Part shown: in pieces, positions 1 to 14,180 of the stretch
How the letters are laid out: each line of letters opens with the position of its first letter
How positions within the stretch are numbered: the stretch's first letter is position 1
DNA from: Eledone cirrhosa
Taxonomy: Eukaryota
DNA: 64,000 nucleotides
Assembly (NCBI GenBank): GCA_964016885.1
Contig: OZ024753.1
Location: forward strand, 11,284,001-11,348,000
Reading direction: 5' to 3'
The notes under the pieces: model-generated
Told to the model about the DNA's origin: nothing
The model's database searches: none
What the model saw: only the letters and a program-made list of their open reading frames with translations
Made by a program: the position numbers and the translations under genes

Positions 1-3000
1 ACATATACACACACATACACATACACACATACATCTACTACACGGCAACCTCTTGGTTTACACATCACACACACATATACAGAGGTACATATACACACAC
101 ATACACATACACACATACATCTACTACACGGCAACCTCTTGGTTTACACATCACACACACATATACAGAGATACATATACACACACATACACATACACAC
201 ATACATCTACTACACGGCAACCTCTTGGTTTACACATCACACACACATATACAGAGATACATATACACACACATACACATACACACATACATCTACTACA
301 CGGCAACCTCTTGGTTTACACATCACACACACATATACATAGATACATATACACACACACACACATACACACTTACATGTACTACACGGCAACCTCTTGG
401 TTTACACATCACACACACATATACAGAGGTACACACACATACACATACACACATACATCTACTACACGGCAACCTCTTGGTTTACACATCACACACACAT
501 ATACAGAGGTACACACACATACACATACACACATACATCTACTACACGACAACCTCTTGGTTTACACATCACACACACATATACAGAGGTACACACACAT
601 ACACATACACACATACATCTACTACACGGCAACCTCTTGGTTTACACATCACACACACATATACATAGATACATATACACACACACACACATACACACAT
701 ACATGTACTACACGGCAACCTCTTGGTTTACACATCACACACACATATACAGAGATACATATACACACACATACGCATACACACATACATCTACTACACG
801 GCAACCTCTTGGTTTACACATCACACACACATATACAGAGGTACACACACATACACATACACACATACATCTACTACACGGCAACCTCTTGGTTTACACA
901 TCACACACACATATACAGAGGTACACACACATACACATACACACATACATCTACTACACGGCAACCTCTTGGTTTACACATCACACACACACATATACAT
1001 AGATACATATACACACACATACACATACACACATACACACATACATCTACTACACGGCAACCTCTTGGTTTACACATCACACACACACATATACAGAGGT
1101 ACATATACACACACATACACATACACACATACATCTACTACACGGCAACCTCTTGGTTTACACATCACACACACATATACAGAGGAACATATACACACAC
1201 ACACACATACACACATACATCTACTACACGGCAACCTCTTGGTTTACACATCACACACACATATACAGAGGAACATATACACACACATACACATACACAC
1301 ATACATCTACTACACGGCAACCTCTTGGTTTACACATCACACACACATATACAGAGGAACATATACACACACACACACATACACACATACATCTACTACA
1401 CGGCAACCTCTTAGTTTACACATCACACACACACATATACAGAGATACATATACACACACATACACATACACACATACATCTACTACACGGCAACTTCTT
1501 GGTTTACACATCACACACACATATACAGAGTTACATATACACACACATACACATACACACATACATCTACTACACGGCAACCTCTTGGTTTACACATCAC
1601 ACACACATATACAGAGATACATATACACACACATACACATACACACATACATCTACTACACGATAACCTCTTGGGTTACACATCACACACACATATACAG
1701 AGGTACATATACATACACATACACACATACATCTACTACACGGCAACCTCTTGGTTTACACATCACACACACACATATACAGAGATACATATACACACAC
1801 ATACACATACACACATACATCTACTACACGGCAACCTCTTGGTTTACACATCACACACACATATACAGAGGTACATATACACACAAACACACATACACAC
1901 ATACATCTACTACACGGCAACCTCTTGGTTTACACATCACACACACATATACACAGAGGTACATATACACACACATACACATACACACATACATCTACTA
2001 CACGGCAACCTCTTGGTTTACACATCACACACACATATACACAGAGGTACATATACACACACATACATATACACACATACATCTACTACACGGCAACCTC
2101 TTGGTTGACACATCACACACACATATACAGAGGTACATATACACACACATACACATACACATACACACATACATCTACTACACGGCAACCTCTTGGTTTA
2201 CACATCACACACACATATACAGAGATACATATACACACACATACAATACACACATACATCTACTACACGGCAACCTCTTGGTTTACACATCACACACACA
2301 TATACATAGATACATATACACACACATACACATACACACATACATCTACTACACGGCAACCTCTTGGTTTACACATCACACACACATATACAGAGGTACA
2401 TATACACACACATACACATACACACATACAACTACTACACGGCAACCTCTTGGTTTACACATCACACACACATATACAGAGGTACATATACACACACATA
2501 CACATACACACATACATCTACTACACGGCAACCTCTTGGTTTACACATCACACACACATATACACATACATACACATACACACATACATCTACTACACGG
2601 CAATCTCTTGGTTTACACATCACACACACACATATACAGAGATACATATACACACACATACACATACACACATACATCTACTACACGGCAACCTCTTGGT
2701 TTACACATCGCACACACATATACACAGAGGTACATATACACACACACATACACATACACACATACATCTACTACACGGCAACCTCTTGGTTTACACATCG
2801 TACACACATATACACAGAGGTACATATACACACACATACACATACACACATACATCTACTACACGGCAACCTCTTGGTTTACACATCGCTCACACATATA
2901 CACAGAGGTACATATACACACACACATACACATACACACATACATCTACTACACGGCAACCTCTTGGTTTACACATCACACACACATATACAGAGGTACA

Positions 3001-4430
3001 TATACACACACATACACATACACACATACATCTACTACACGGCAACCTCTTGGTTTACACATCACACACACACATATACAGAGATACATATACATACACA
3101 TACACACATACATCTACTACACGGCAACCTCTTGGTTTACACATCACACACACATATGCAGAGATACATATACACACACATACACATACACACATACATC
3201 TACTACACGGCAAGCTCTTGGTTTACACATCACACACATATACACAGAGGTACATATACACACACATACACATACACACATACATCTACTACACGGCAAC
3301 CTCTTGGTTTACACATCACGCACACACATATACAGAGATTCATATACACACACATACACACATACATCTACTACACGGCAACCTCTTGGTTTACACATCA
3401 CACACACATATGCAGAGATACATATACACACACATACACATACACACATACATCTACTACACGGCAAGCTCTTGGTTTACACATCACACACATATACACA
3501 GAGGTACATATACACACACATACACATACACACATACATCTACTACACGGCAACCTATTGGTTTACACATCACACACACATATACAGAGGTACATATACA
3601 CACACATACACATACACACATACATCTACTACACGGCAACCTCTTGGTTTACACATCGCACACACATATACACAGAGGTACATATACACACACATACACA
3701 TACACACATACATCTACTACACGGCAACCTCTTGGTTTACACATCACACAGACATATATACAGAGGTACATATACACACACATACACATACACACATACA
3801 TCTACTACACGGCAACCTCTTGTTTTACACATCACACACACACATATACATCTACTACACGGCAACCTCTTGGTTTACACATCACACACACATATACAGA
3901 GATACATATAGACACACATACACATACACACATACATCTACTACACGGCAACCTCTTGGTTTACACATCACACACACACATATACAGAGATACATATACA
4001 CACACATACACATACACACATACATCTACTACACGGCAACCTCTTGGTTTACACATCATACATACACATACATCTAATACACAGCAACCTCTTGGTTTAC
4101 ACATCATATACACACATACAGAGATGCATACACATACTCATACACAGATACATACACACACATACAAACATCTACTACGCAGCAACCTCTTGGTTTGGTT
4201 TACACATCACACACATACATCTACTACACAGCAACCTCTTGCTTTAAAAATCACACACACACACATACACAGATACATACACACACACATACACACATAC
4301 ATCTACTACACAGCAACCTCTTGCTTTACACATGATACACACATATATACACAGATACATACACACACACACAGATACACACATCTACTACACGCAACCT
4401 CTTGGTTTACACATCATACACACACATACA
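1..4430. repeat. ~80-90 bp minisatellite with a fixed ~35 bp core and variable CA-rich spacer
   Basis: Core catctactacacggcaacctcttggtttacacatc recurs about 50 times, separated by variable (CA/TA) tracts; units decay after ~4070. Source of the long H/T/Y/I ORFs. Confidence 0.97.
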
Positions 4431-4838
4431 CTTACACATATAAACAAACACAAATACAGATGCATACACAGATACAGACACACAAACACAGATACAGACT
4501 GATATGCACATACAGACAACACACACACACATATAGACACATACACACATACACACTTACCGACATAAACACACACATACACATGCACATATACACACAT
4601 ACAGACACACACATAGGCCCGTATACACACATACAGACACACACACAGGCACATACACACATACAGGCATGCACACATAAAGCCACACACGCACATACAT
4701 ACACACATACACACATACACACAGACATATACACACACATACACACACATACATACCCACACACACATACACACATAGATACACACACACACATACACAC
4801 TCCACACACACACATAAAAATACACATACACACACACA
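4431..4838. repeat. degenerate (CA)n microsatellite
   Basis: Low-complexity acac/atac tract. Confidence 0.9.
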
Positions 4839-4954
4839 TGCTGCCCTATACGCCAGGGCTGTGGTCAATAGAAAATATATATTTTCACTAGCTCTGAGAG
4901 TTTGGCAGTTGAAGAGCGAACTGTACTGACGAAGGGTGAAACCCAGGAACATTA

Positions 4955-5132
4955 GTCTCTGCCGTTCTGTTTACATGCCAACACAAGAGCAAGATTGAAG
5001 GGTTCATTCTACTGACAAGGCTTTAAAAATGAGGCTTGTTTGCATAATTGCACACGAATCGAATATTATTATTAATATTCGAAAAATTCAGATTACATTT
5101 ATTGTATTCAGCCATGTAGAGCGAAAATTATA
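4955..5132. mobile_element. (TA)n-embedded short element, family D (second copy at 63180-63395)
   Basis: Shares gttctgtttacatgccaacacaagagcaag (inverted) and attattaatattcgaaaaatt.agattac.tttattgtattcagccatgtagagcgaaa with 63180-63395; ends in (TA)n; partial HHR-like CTGACGA-aggg-tgaaa-ccc at 4926-4944. Confidence 0.65.
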
Positions 5133-5364
5133 TATATATACGATACAGTATATAGAGAAGAACCCCCCCCCCCCCAAAAAAAAAAGTTTTCATTTACGTG
5201 GGGTAGAGAACCTTTAAAGTGAAGAACATAAAGTCTACGAAAAGTGTGGAAAATATATAAAATGTGGTTAATATTATATTTTATCCAATTATAAGTAAGA
5301 GAATAGCTCAATGTAAAGTAACAAGTATAATATAGAGCCGAAATACTTCATAAACTATTTTATA

Positions 5365-5411
5365 TACTCCGATGGATCCGCTCTTGTGCTTGGGTGAAAC
5401 GATCGTAAGTG
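5365..5411 (+). ncRNA. type I hammerhead ribozyme motif (variant core CCGAUGG)
   Basis: Stem I tact/agtg; CCGATGG 5369-5375; stem II atcc...gggt; GAAA 5396-5399; palindromic stem III cgatcg; UA. Confidence 0.6.
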
Positions 5412-5450
5412 ATTACATTTTCTAAACACTCCTTGATTGTTGTTTATAAA

Positions 5451-5491
<41 letters not shown>

Positions 5492-5547
5492 CACACACAC
5501 AAGAATACACACATACAAACACAAACACAAACACACACACACATATA

Positions 5548-5617
<70 letters not shown>

Positions 5618-6492
5618 CAATATTTCATATGTTTAACAAGGGTTAATAAAACGACAAGTCTATCAGCCAATAAAGAATTTCAGTAGTTAACCTAGAATAT
5701 ATTGACTGGAGAGTCTAATATTTTATTTCAAAAAGATATAGCTTCTATTTCTAGCCAGTAGATCGACCACATACATGTCATGTCTGTCCCTTCACACACA
5801 GAGGATCTTGCACGGAAAGCCGGATTTAATGGGTTGCAAAGAGGGCAACTATCTTGTGCCAAGCTAATTTTGATATGTAAAATTGGGGGGTTTGCTGTGT
5901 ATTCTAATTTTTTGCATATGGAGGGCCACCCAAAACCTGAAGTACCCCGGCGCCCCCAAGGCTTGTAGGTGACATTATTGTTGTAATATCCTTGATTTGG
6001 CAATTGGAGAATATTTATGATAATCCCATCATCATTGTACTGGAAAAGTGTAACGCAGATTCTGTCATCTCACAGTTCCTTCCGATGTTAATGTGTGGTG
6101 TCATATTCGAAGGTGGGCCCACACGGTTATAGGCTGATTATGAAATATTGATGCTACGGATATGAAATCTTGCACGCATTAATTTCAACTCTATTTATTA
6201 ATAACTGCATTGTTTCAGGGTCGACAAAACAAGAATATACCTCTTGGCAATGCTCCCTTGGTTGCTTTTAGACGAGTTGAACTTTGTTGCAATCATTTGG
6301 GACAGATCTTTGGTTTGAAGATAACATTCTCACTCTTTCTTTATCTTCTTATTAATAACGGCATTGTTTCTCTCCAAGAACTATTTCCAGGAAACTATTC
6401 TCAAGAACTTTATCTCCCATTGAGTGACATTAAAACAATATCTGAATACATTTTATGTCTAGTTTTTCGGAAAGGAACCTGGTTTTTATATG

Positions 6493-6682
6493 CACGAGGG
6501 GACGCTGAAAGGCTAACTATAAAAGAGAGATGCTAGCTACAGCTGTGAAATCTTGCATGCATTAATTTCTACTCTTCTTATTGATAACTGTATTGTTTCT
6601 TTCCGGGGACTATGTTAAAAAAATAAACTTCATTTGGCCATTCCATCTTGGTCAGCCTATTAACGTTTCATCCGACCCATGA
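6493..6682. mobile_element. Mariner-type MITE, degenerate (partial copy also at ~6105-6225)
   Basis: Homologous to the TIR-bounded element at 24838-25039 (gctgtgaaatcttgcatgcattaattt...cttggtcagccta). Confidence 0.65.
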
Positions 6683-7182
6683 AACACTATTTGACTCTAT
6701 TTCTAGCAAGAGTCACGAATAAACGAAGGGAAGTTTAGATTTCATTATTTTCAGACTAAATTAGACGAGGTTATTATATAATATCAGTTTCACATTATTA
6801 AAAATTAATTACTTTTATATTTTGTTGCCTGATCCTATTTCGGTTGTTTTTTTAAGCTGGAGCATATATTGATAATTTTATATTAATTAATTAATCGCTA
6901 TTACGGTATAGTTAAATAACAAAATTTATAAAGGAATATGCACACGTACACATACACATACATGCACATATATAAATACACACTCACATAGACAAACACA
7001 CACACACACGTATATATATATATATATATTCAATGTACTGTGTCGATTGCTTTGTTAATCTGATTACATTAAACACACTCACACACAGATGTGTATATAT
7101 ATATATATATATATATACATATATATAACGAAGGAAGTATGGTAAGGAACCAGATGGACCATAATGCCTCAGATATGCATGT

Positions 7183-7365
7183 TGATATCGTTTAGTGAAT
7201 ATGTTTCATGTGTGATCTCAAACGTACATCGAAAGGTTACTTCTTAGCGTGGGAATATATCATATCGTATCATATATATATATATTTATATTTATATATA
7301 TATATATATATATATGATTCGATATGATATATCATATCGTATCATATATATATATATCATATCGT

Positions 7366-7407
<42 letters not shown>

Positions 7408-7481
7408 ATATTCCTACGCTAAGAATTAACCTTTCGATGTTCGTTTGAGATCACACATGAAACATATTCACTAAACGATAT
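7183..7481. repeat. ~80 bp inverted repeat flanking a (TA)n/(atatcatatcgt) tract
   Basis: atatcgtttagtgaatatgtttcatgtgtgatctcaaacg... (7183-7264) is the reverse complement of 7401-7481 with a few mismatches. Confidence 0.85.
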
Positions 7482-7687
7482 TTTTCTGTAGACCTTGTTG
7501 GTAATATAGCAGAATTAATGGTGAAAGACCTTCAGGGAAAGAATTAGATATAGAGATTACAGCTATGATATTAACATCGAGACAGCAGGCCGAACATTTA
7601 CGAGATTGCTAGAAAGTTCCAAACTATATATCTATCGTTCTACTTGTGAACATATTTGTCAAAAGACTCCAAAGCGTCGACTACTCA

Positions 7688-8705
7688 TTGTCAGTAAAGG
7701 GCCGGACACCATGCTTTGCAGCACAAAGCTACCTTTACGGTCTGAGTTCAAATCCCGCCGAGGTTAAATTTGCCTTTCATTCTTACGGGGTCGATAAAAT
7801 AAAGTACCAGTAACGCACTGGGGTCAATTTAATCGACTTCCCCCCTCCACTAAAATTGCTGGCCCTGTACCAGTAATACAATGGTCGTAATTGCTGGCCT
7901 TGTGCCAAAAGTAGAAATAATTATTAAAGACGATTTTGAAGGCGGGAATTGGCAGCATCGGTAAAGCATTGGATTCCTTGCTTGGCAGCACAGAGTTACA
8001 TCCCTTTACGTTCTGAGTTCAAATCCCACCGAGGTTAGGTTTGCTTTTCATGCATCCGGGGTCGATAAAATAAAATTCCTGTAATGCATTAATAATAATA
8101 GTGAAATTATTGTGTACAGTGCTCTGGTGCACTACAACTCATCAAAGGTGCATGTATAGTGCATAGAATAATGTACAAATGCCAGGAAATTGAACAGTGT
8201 ATGAGTCATGATATACATGTGTGCGTGTATTGAGGGGGATATCAGGTATAGTGTTGGGTCATTAGAGTCGATTTAATCGACTTACCCCTCCCCCAAAATT
8301 GCTGGCTTTGTGCCTATAATAGAAATCATTATTATTGGCAGTATCGGTAGAGGGTTGGACGTCATGCTTTCTAGCATAGTTACGTCCCTTTGCAGTCTGA
8401 GTTCAAATCCCGCCGAGGTTAACTTTGCCTTTCATCCTTACGGGGTCGATAAAATAAAGTACCAGTAATGCACTGGGTAATTGCTGGCCTTGTGCCTAAA
8501 GTAGAAACAATTATTATTATTATTATGGCAGTCGATTGGCAGTATCGGTAGAGGGTCGGACGCCATGCTTTGACGCATAGAGTTACGGCCCTTGCCATTC
8601 TGAGTTCAAATCCCGCCGAGGTTAACTTTGCCTCTCATCCTTACGGTGTCGATAAAATAAAGTACAAGTAATTACTGGTCTTGTGCCTAAATCTGAAAAT
8701 CTTAT
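7688..8705 (+). mobile_element. cluster of four tRNA-derived SINE1 copies; the second is interrupted by a ~170 bp insert (8091-8260)
   Basis: A box tggcagtatcggt, B box gagttcaaatccc, central gcctttcatccttacggggtcgataaaataaagtaccag, tail gctggccttgtgcc.aaagtagaaac(att)n. Confidence 0.9.
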
Positions 8706-9036
8706 TAAAGACAATTTTAAGTTACATTGTGTTTACTGAAATATAATGTTGGGAATAAATTTTGAAATTGAAATTGGATTTGGAATTGAAAAATACGTTC
8801 GAGGAAATAATTGATTTAGTAATAACCACAATAGTAATATAAAATACATCACAAAACTAACATCGAATTAATTGAAAATACTCTTCAGTCCACATATAAG
8901 AGGTTTTCACTGAAGTCATTTCATTATAAATCAGTGGTTCCCAAACTGGGGTCCGCGAAGCGATTGGGGGAGGGGGGGGGGGGCTGGAGGGGCGCGAAGG
9001 GTTAGCCAAATGTTCATGGTATACTGTGATTGAGGT

Positions 9037-9235
9037 TTTAAATCAAGGAAGCAATTTGACTTTTAAATCTAGGAAGAAATTTGTCTTTTAAATCTAGGAA
9101 GCAATTTTCTGTTAAATCTAGGAAGCAATTTGTCTTTTAAATCTAGGAAGCAATTTTCTGTTAAATCTAGGAAGCAATTTTTCTTTTAAATCTAGGAAGC
9201 AACTTTTCTTCTAAATCTAGGAAGCAATTTTTCTT
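9037..9235. repeat. ~25 bp tandem minisatellite inside the hAT MITE
   Basis: (ttttaaatctaggaagcaatttttc) about 8 copies. Confidence 0.9.
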
Positions 9236-9301
9236 GAATATACATATGACACTAACGTGCAAACCATAGGATGTTAATTCCCGCATTATATATTGTCATG
9301 C

Positions 9302-9496
9302 GGTAGATGAGCGGTAGATTGTCACTATCGGTAGAGAGTCGGACGCCATGCTTTGCAGCATAGAGTTGCGGTTCTTTATGATCTGAGTTCAAATCCCGCC
9401 GAGGTTAACTTTGTGTTACGGGGTCGATAAAATAAAGTACCAGTAATGCACTGATGCACTGGGATAATTGCTAGCCTTGTGCCAAAAGTAGAAACA
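9302..9496 (+). mobile_element. SINE1 nested in the hAT MITE
   Basis: A and B boxes plus tail; 17-bp TSD attatatattgtcatgc at 9285-9301 and 9497-9513. Confidence 0.92.
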
Positions 9497-9816
9497 ATTA
9501 TATATTGTCATGCATTTCATAAAAGTTTGTCTTTGAAACATTTTGGAATTGCTGCCATAATATGATAGGGGACCACGAGACATCCAAAAAATTTGGAAAA
9601 GTTTGGGAACCACTGTTATAAATTCAGGGCGCTAGATTGGCAGAATCGGTAGAGCGGAGGAGAAAATGGTTGCTGTATTTAGATACAACGTTTGCGTTCA
9701 GAGTTAAAATATTGGACACCAGCGCATCCCACCTCGCATTACAATGCTGGCCTTGTACCTAATTTAGAAACAAATTATAAATTCATTTAAATGTTCACGG
9801 TGATGTTAGAATAATA

Positions 9817-9931
9817 ATTGTTTCTACTTTTGGCACAAGGCCAGCAATTATCCTAGTGTATTACTGGTACTTTATTTTATCGACCCCCGTAAGGATGAAA
9901 GGCAAAGTTAACCTCGGCGGGATTTGAACTC
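9817..9931 (-). mobile_element. 5'-truncated SINE1
   Basis: Reverse-complement SINE body; TSD tgatgttagaataata at 9801-9816 and 9932-9947. Confidence 0.88.
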
Positions 9932-10099
9932 TGATGTTAGAATAATAATGTCAGGTGTTTTATAAACGTAATAGGGAGGAGACACACACAAACATATATA
10001 TCAGGTACGTTTACATGGCTACATATTAGATATGTGTATATATTTATACACGTTGGTGCAGCCTCGGTTACATACTGTATTTATACAGATATAGGTTAC

Positions 10100-10255
10100 G
10101 AATTGGCAAAGTCGTTAGAACGTCGGATAGAAGGCTCTCTCCTTTCAAATCCCGCCGAGGTCAACTTTGCCATTCATCCTTACGGGGTCGATGAAATAAA
10201 GTACCAGTAATACACTGGATAATTGCTGGCCTTGTGCCAAAAGTAGAAACAATTA
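10100..10255 (+). mobile_element. SINE1
   Basis: ttcaaatcccgccgaggtcaactttgcc...gtcgatgaaataaagtaccag...gtagaaacaatta. Confidence 0.85.
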
Positions 10256-10526
10256 TATATATATATATATATAAGTGGTAACACAATAGTTAGTTCACTA
10301 CACTGAGAACAATTAAAGTGAAACAATTGTTCTCGGAATGGTGAATTAACTGTTGTGTTACCACTTCTACCTAACTCGTCCAATGGACTGAGTGCTCTAC
10401 CACTAGGGATATTACCTTCCAGTGTTCTAACCCCCCCTCTCTCTCTATATATATATATAAGGGAAAAAGATGAAATCGAAAATGCAGCTGGAGTCTTTTT
10501 TTAAAAAATAGATATTTATTTGGTTC

Positions 10527-10562
10527 CTTTACCGGTTTCGCAGTTCTTGTGCTTTTCAAAAG
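10527..10562 (-). ncRNA. type I hammerhead motif with U3-A8 covariant core (UUGAAAA)
   Basis: Minus strand: ctt TTGAAAA gca-caagaac-tgc GAAA ccgg TA aag. Confidence 0.65.
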
Positions 10563-10964
10563 TAGAATTGAGATGGAGAGTTTCTGGTTTTTCATATATA
10601 TATATATACACAGATAAATCTACCAATCAATGGTAGGGTCTAAACCGTATGAAGAACTCAATGAATGAACCGTTTTTTGTTTAATTTATTTGTTTTAATA
10701 TTTCTATATATATATAAATATTAAAACAATGAAATTAAACAAAAAACGGTTACTTCATTGAGTTCTTCCGAACCCAGCATGACTCCATTGAAGTGTGTCA
10801 GACGGAAAATGGATGATGACCCGTGTAGCAGTAAATAGTGACCAGAACTTAAGATGACGTGGAGTTAGAACAGCCAATGGCATGACAAGACTGGAAGAGG
10901 TTTTTTGAAGGTGTTTTTTTGATGATAACACTCCAGTGATAAAATTTGCTCCGAACGAACTACT

Positions 10965-11055
10965 CGTGTCTGAAGGAACCTGCAGCCGTAGAATCAGCCA
11001 GATCCATACAGTGACCATGTCTCGAGCTACCTAGCGGCGAAACAATTGTAACACG
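10965..11055 (+). ncRNA. type I hammerhead motif (core CUGAAGG)
   Basis: Stem I cgtgt/acacg; CTGAAGG 10970-10976; gccg...cggc helix before GAAA 11039-11042; stem III caattg; UA. Confidence 0.6.
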
Positions 11056-11101
11056 CAATAAATTGAGTCCAGATGCATCACTGATTTTTCGTTTTTTTAT
11101 A

Positions 11102-11184
<83 letters not shown>

Positions 11185-11314
11185 GAATTAGTATATCTAC
11201 CAACATATTTATACAGATGTATACTTACGCTAGCGAAGATATAGGTTTCGTCTTAGTAATTTTGTGGTTCAATACAAAGAGATGTAGAACAATTACATAA
11301 AAGACCGAGAATGT

Positions 11315-11394
11315 CTCCCTGATGAAGAAAGGATTCTCCATAGTCTCCATTTGGAGACTATGTATATCCCTTTTCAGAAACTAATTAGTTGGAG
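11315..11394 (+). ncRNA. type I hammerhead ribozyme
   Basis: Stem I ctcc/ggag; CTGATGA 11319-11325; stem II gaaaggat...atcc(c)tttt containing catagtctcca/tggagactatg; GAAA 11377-11380; palindromic ctaattag; UU. Confidence 0.8.
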
Positions 11395-11540
11395 TGAAAT
11401 TTAAGTAAGTAAGTTAATTACTATAATTTTCTTATTTTACGTCTTTTATATATATATATATATATATATAAAAGACGTAAAATAAGAAAATTATAGTAAT
11501 TAACTTACTTACTTAAATTTCACTCTAACTAACTAGTTTC

Positions 11541-11542
<2 letters not shown>
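11375..11542. repeat. ~73 bp inverted duplication of the element 3' end around (TA)n
   Basis: cagaaactaattagttggagtgaaatttaagtaag...gtctttta mirrored at 11470-11542 with 2 substitutions. Confidence 0.88.
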
Positions 11543-11584
<42 letters not shown>

Positions 11585-11917
11585 GACAGAGAAGCACACA
11601 CGCACACGCATATTTGATGTGCCATTAACGTCATATTTTAGGTGTAGCTCTCCTAAAGGGCTTCGACAGATGTGCTTGTCTGCACATATACTTATATTGC
11701 TGCAGACAGATTCATATCAATCGAACCATACAAGGCTTTTAGGTTCCTCATCTTTCAGGCTCACTCTATTCTCCATTATATTGTAGTCTTTGGCATGACC
11801 AGTAATTATTGCTATACAACATTCCAGATAATTGTTCTCAGGGAAGGAAATGGTCCCTGGTGTAGGGACACGCTCCTGCACACACACGCACACACACACA
11901 CACATATATATATATAC

Positions 11918-12065
<148 letters not shown>

Positions 12066-12096
12066 TAATAAAAACAATGAATAAAAACAAAAGATT

Positions 12097-12230
12097 ATTG
12101 TTTCTGAAGACAGCATATATATGTGTAGGTATGTATATTTCCTCTGATAGTTTGTAACATTTTTACATAGATCTATATGATATACATACCAACACACATA
12201 TATATATCCTAGAAACGATCGTAAAATGAT
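12097..12230 (+). ncRNA. type I hammerhead with ~100-nt stem II
   Basis: Stem I attgttt/aaatgat; CTGAAGA 12104-12110; atatatatgtgt.ggtatgtatat pairs with atatacatacc..acacatatatat; GAAA 12212-12215; cgatcg; UA. Homolog at 46055-46209. Confidence 0.75.
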
Positions 12231-12419
12231 GAATTTTTTAATATAAGGAACTGTCTCTTTGTTTTTATTCATTGTTTTTATTAATTTATCTTGACTCTGT
12301 TTTCCTGTGATTTTTTCATCGAAAAAATCTTTGAAAACATCTTCTCTTTTCATGATTACATTACCGGATTACATTGAGTTCTTCATACGGATTGGACACT
12401 ACCGTATATTTTGGTAGAT

Positions 12420-12526
<107 letters not shown>

Positions 12527-12590
12527 CACACACATACATATATATTTTCATACAAAATACATACTTACATACATACATACATGTACATAG

Positions 12591-12649
<59 letters not shown>

Positions 12650-12854
12650 CACACACATACATATATACTTTCATACAAAATACATACGTACATACATACA
12701 TACATACATACATACATACATACATACATACATAGATGTACATATATACATACAGATATATTTTTATGAGGAACTGTATATGTGTATGTGTATATATATA
12801 CATCTGTCTGTTTCTGTGTATATATGTGTATATGTGAGAAGGCCATACCGTGTA

Positions 12855-12951
12855 TGGGAGAGAGAGAGAGAGAGAGAGAGTGAGAAAGAGAGGTAGAGCG
12901 AGTGAGAGACAGTGAGAGAGAGAAATAGAGAGAGAGAGGTAGAACGAGTGA

Positions 12952-13006
<55 letters not shown>

Positions 13007-14017
13007 GTAGAACGAGTGAGAGAGTGAGAGAGTGAGAGAGAGAGAGAGGTAGAACGAGTGAGAGAGAGAGAGAGAGAGAGAGGTAGAACGAGTGAGAGAG
13101 TGAGATCGTGATATATATACAGTATATACATATATATATATATATATTAATGAGAGGAGAAATAGAGGGAGATAGGGGGGGAATAGAAGATGTTATGTAA
13201 AAAGAATAGAGGAATAGTTGGAGGTGGGGAAGATAGTGGTGGCTTTGTGTGAGATGGTGGGGGGTAGGTTGAGGGAGGGAGGCAGAGAATGGAGGAAGGA
13301 GAGAGAGAGAGAGAGAGAGAGTGGGAGATAGATGGAGGGAGAGAGAGAGAGGGGGATAGAGCGATGAGATGGAGGAGGGTGTAAGAGGCGGATAGAAGGA
13401 GGAAGAGAAAGATAGAGAGGGTGTGTGGGAGAGAGAGTATAAGAGGAAGATAGATGAAGGGAGCGAGGGAGAGAGTGTAAGTGGGAGAGAGAAAGGGGGA
13501 GCGGCAGATAGATGGAGGGAGAGAGAAGGAGAGAGAGGGAGAGAGAGGGAGGAGGGTGTAAGAGAGAGATACAGGGAGGAAGATGATAGGGGGAGAGGGA
13601 GAAGGGGAGAGAGTTGATTGAAGAGAGAGGGAGAGAAAGAGGGTTGGGAGAGAGAATGGGACATAGATGGAGGGAGAGAGATGGGAGAGGGAGAGAATGT
13701 GAGAAAGGTAGAGAGAGAGAGAGAGAATGGAGGAAGGAGAGAGTGTGGGAAAGTGTAAGAGGGAGATAGATAGAGGGAAAGGGAGAGAGTGTGGGATAGT
13801 GTAAGAGGGAGGTAGATAGAGGGAAAGAGAGAGAGTGTGGGATAGTGTAAGAGGGAGATAGATAGAGGGAAAGAGAGAGAGAGTGTGGGAAAGTGTAAGA
13901 GGGAGATAGATAGAGGGAAAGAGAGAGTGTGGGATAGTGTAAGAGGGAGATAGATAGAGGGAAAGAGAGAGAGTGTGGGATAGTGTAAGAGGAAGGGACA
14001 GAGAGGGCGAGAAAGCT

Positions 14018-14068
<51 letters not shown>

Positions 14069-14073
14069 TAGCG

Positions 14074-14132
<59 letters not shown>

Positions 14133-14180
14133 TGGAGGGAGAGTGAGGGAGAGTTGGAGGGGGAAAGGGAGACTATCCAG
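12855..14180. repeat. purine-rich (GA)n-derived low-complexity tract with ~46 bp sub-repeat
   Basis: gagagagtgtgggatagtgtaagagggagatagatagagggaaa repeated at ~13735-13995; long (GA)n runs. Confidence 0.9.

Larger units (their letters stand above)
8932..9615. mobile_element. hAT-superfamily non-autonomous element (MITE)
   Basis: TIRs cagtggttcccaaact / agtttgggaaccactg; perfect 8-bp TSD ttataaat at 8924-8931 and 9616-9623. Confidence 0.92.

Noticed and set aside
1-4430. CRISPR-like repeat/spacer appearance and 450-1046 aa ORFs
   Set aside because: Spacers are near-identical CA microsatellite, there are no cas genes, and the context is eukaryotic. ORFs are open in all three frames only because the repeat lacks stop codons.
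5728-6003. 91-aa ORF
   Set aside because: No recognisable domain; the gccggattta...gggc...cccc pattern suggests a decayed MITE.
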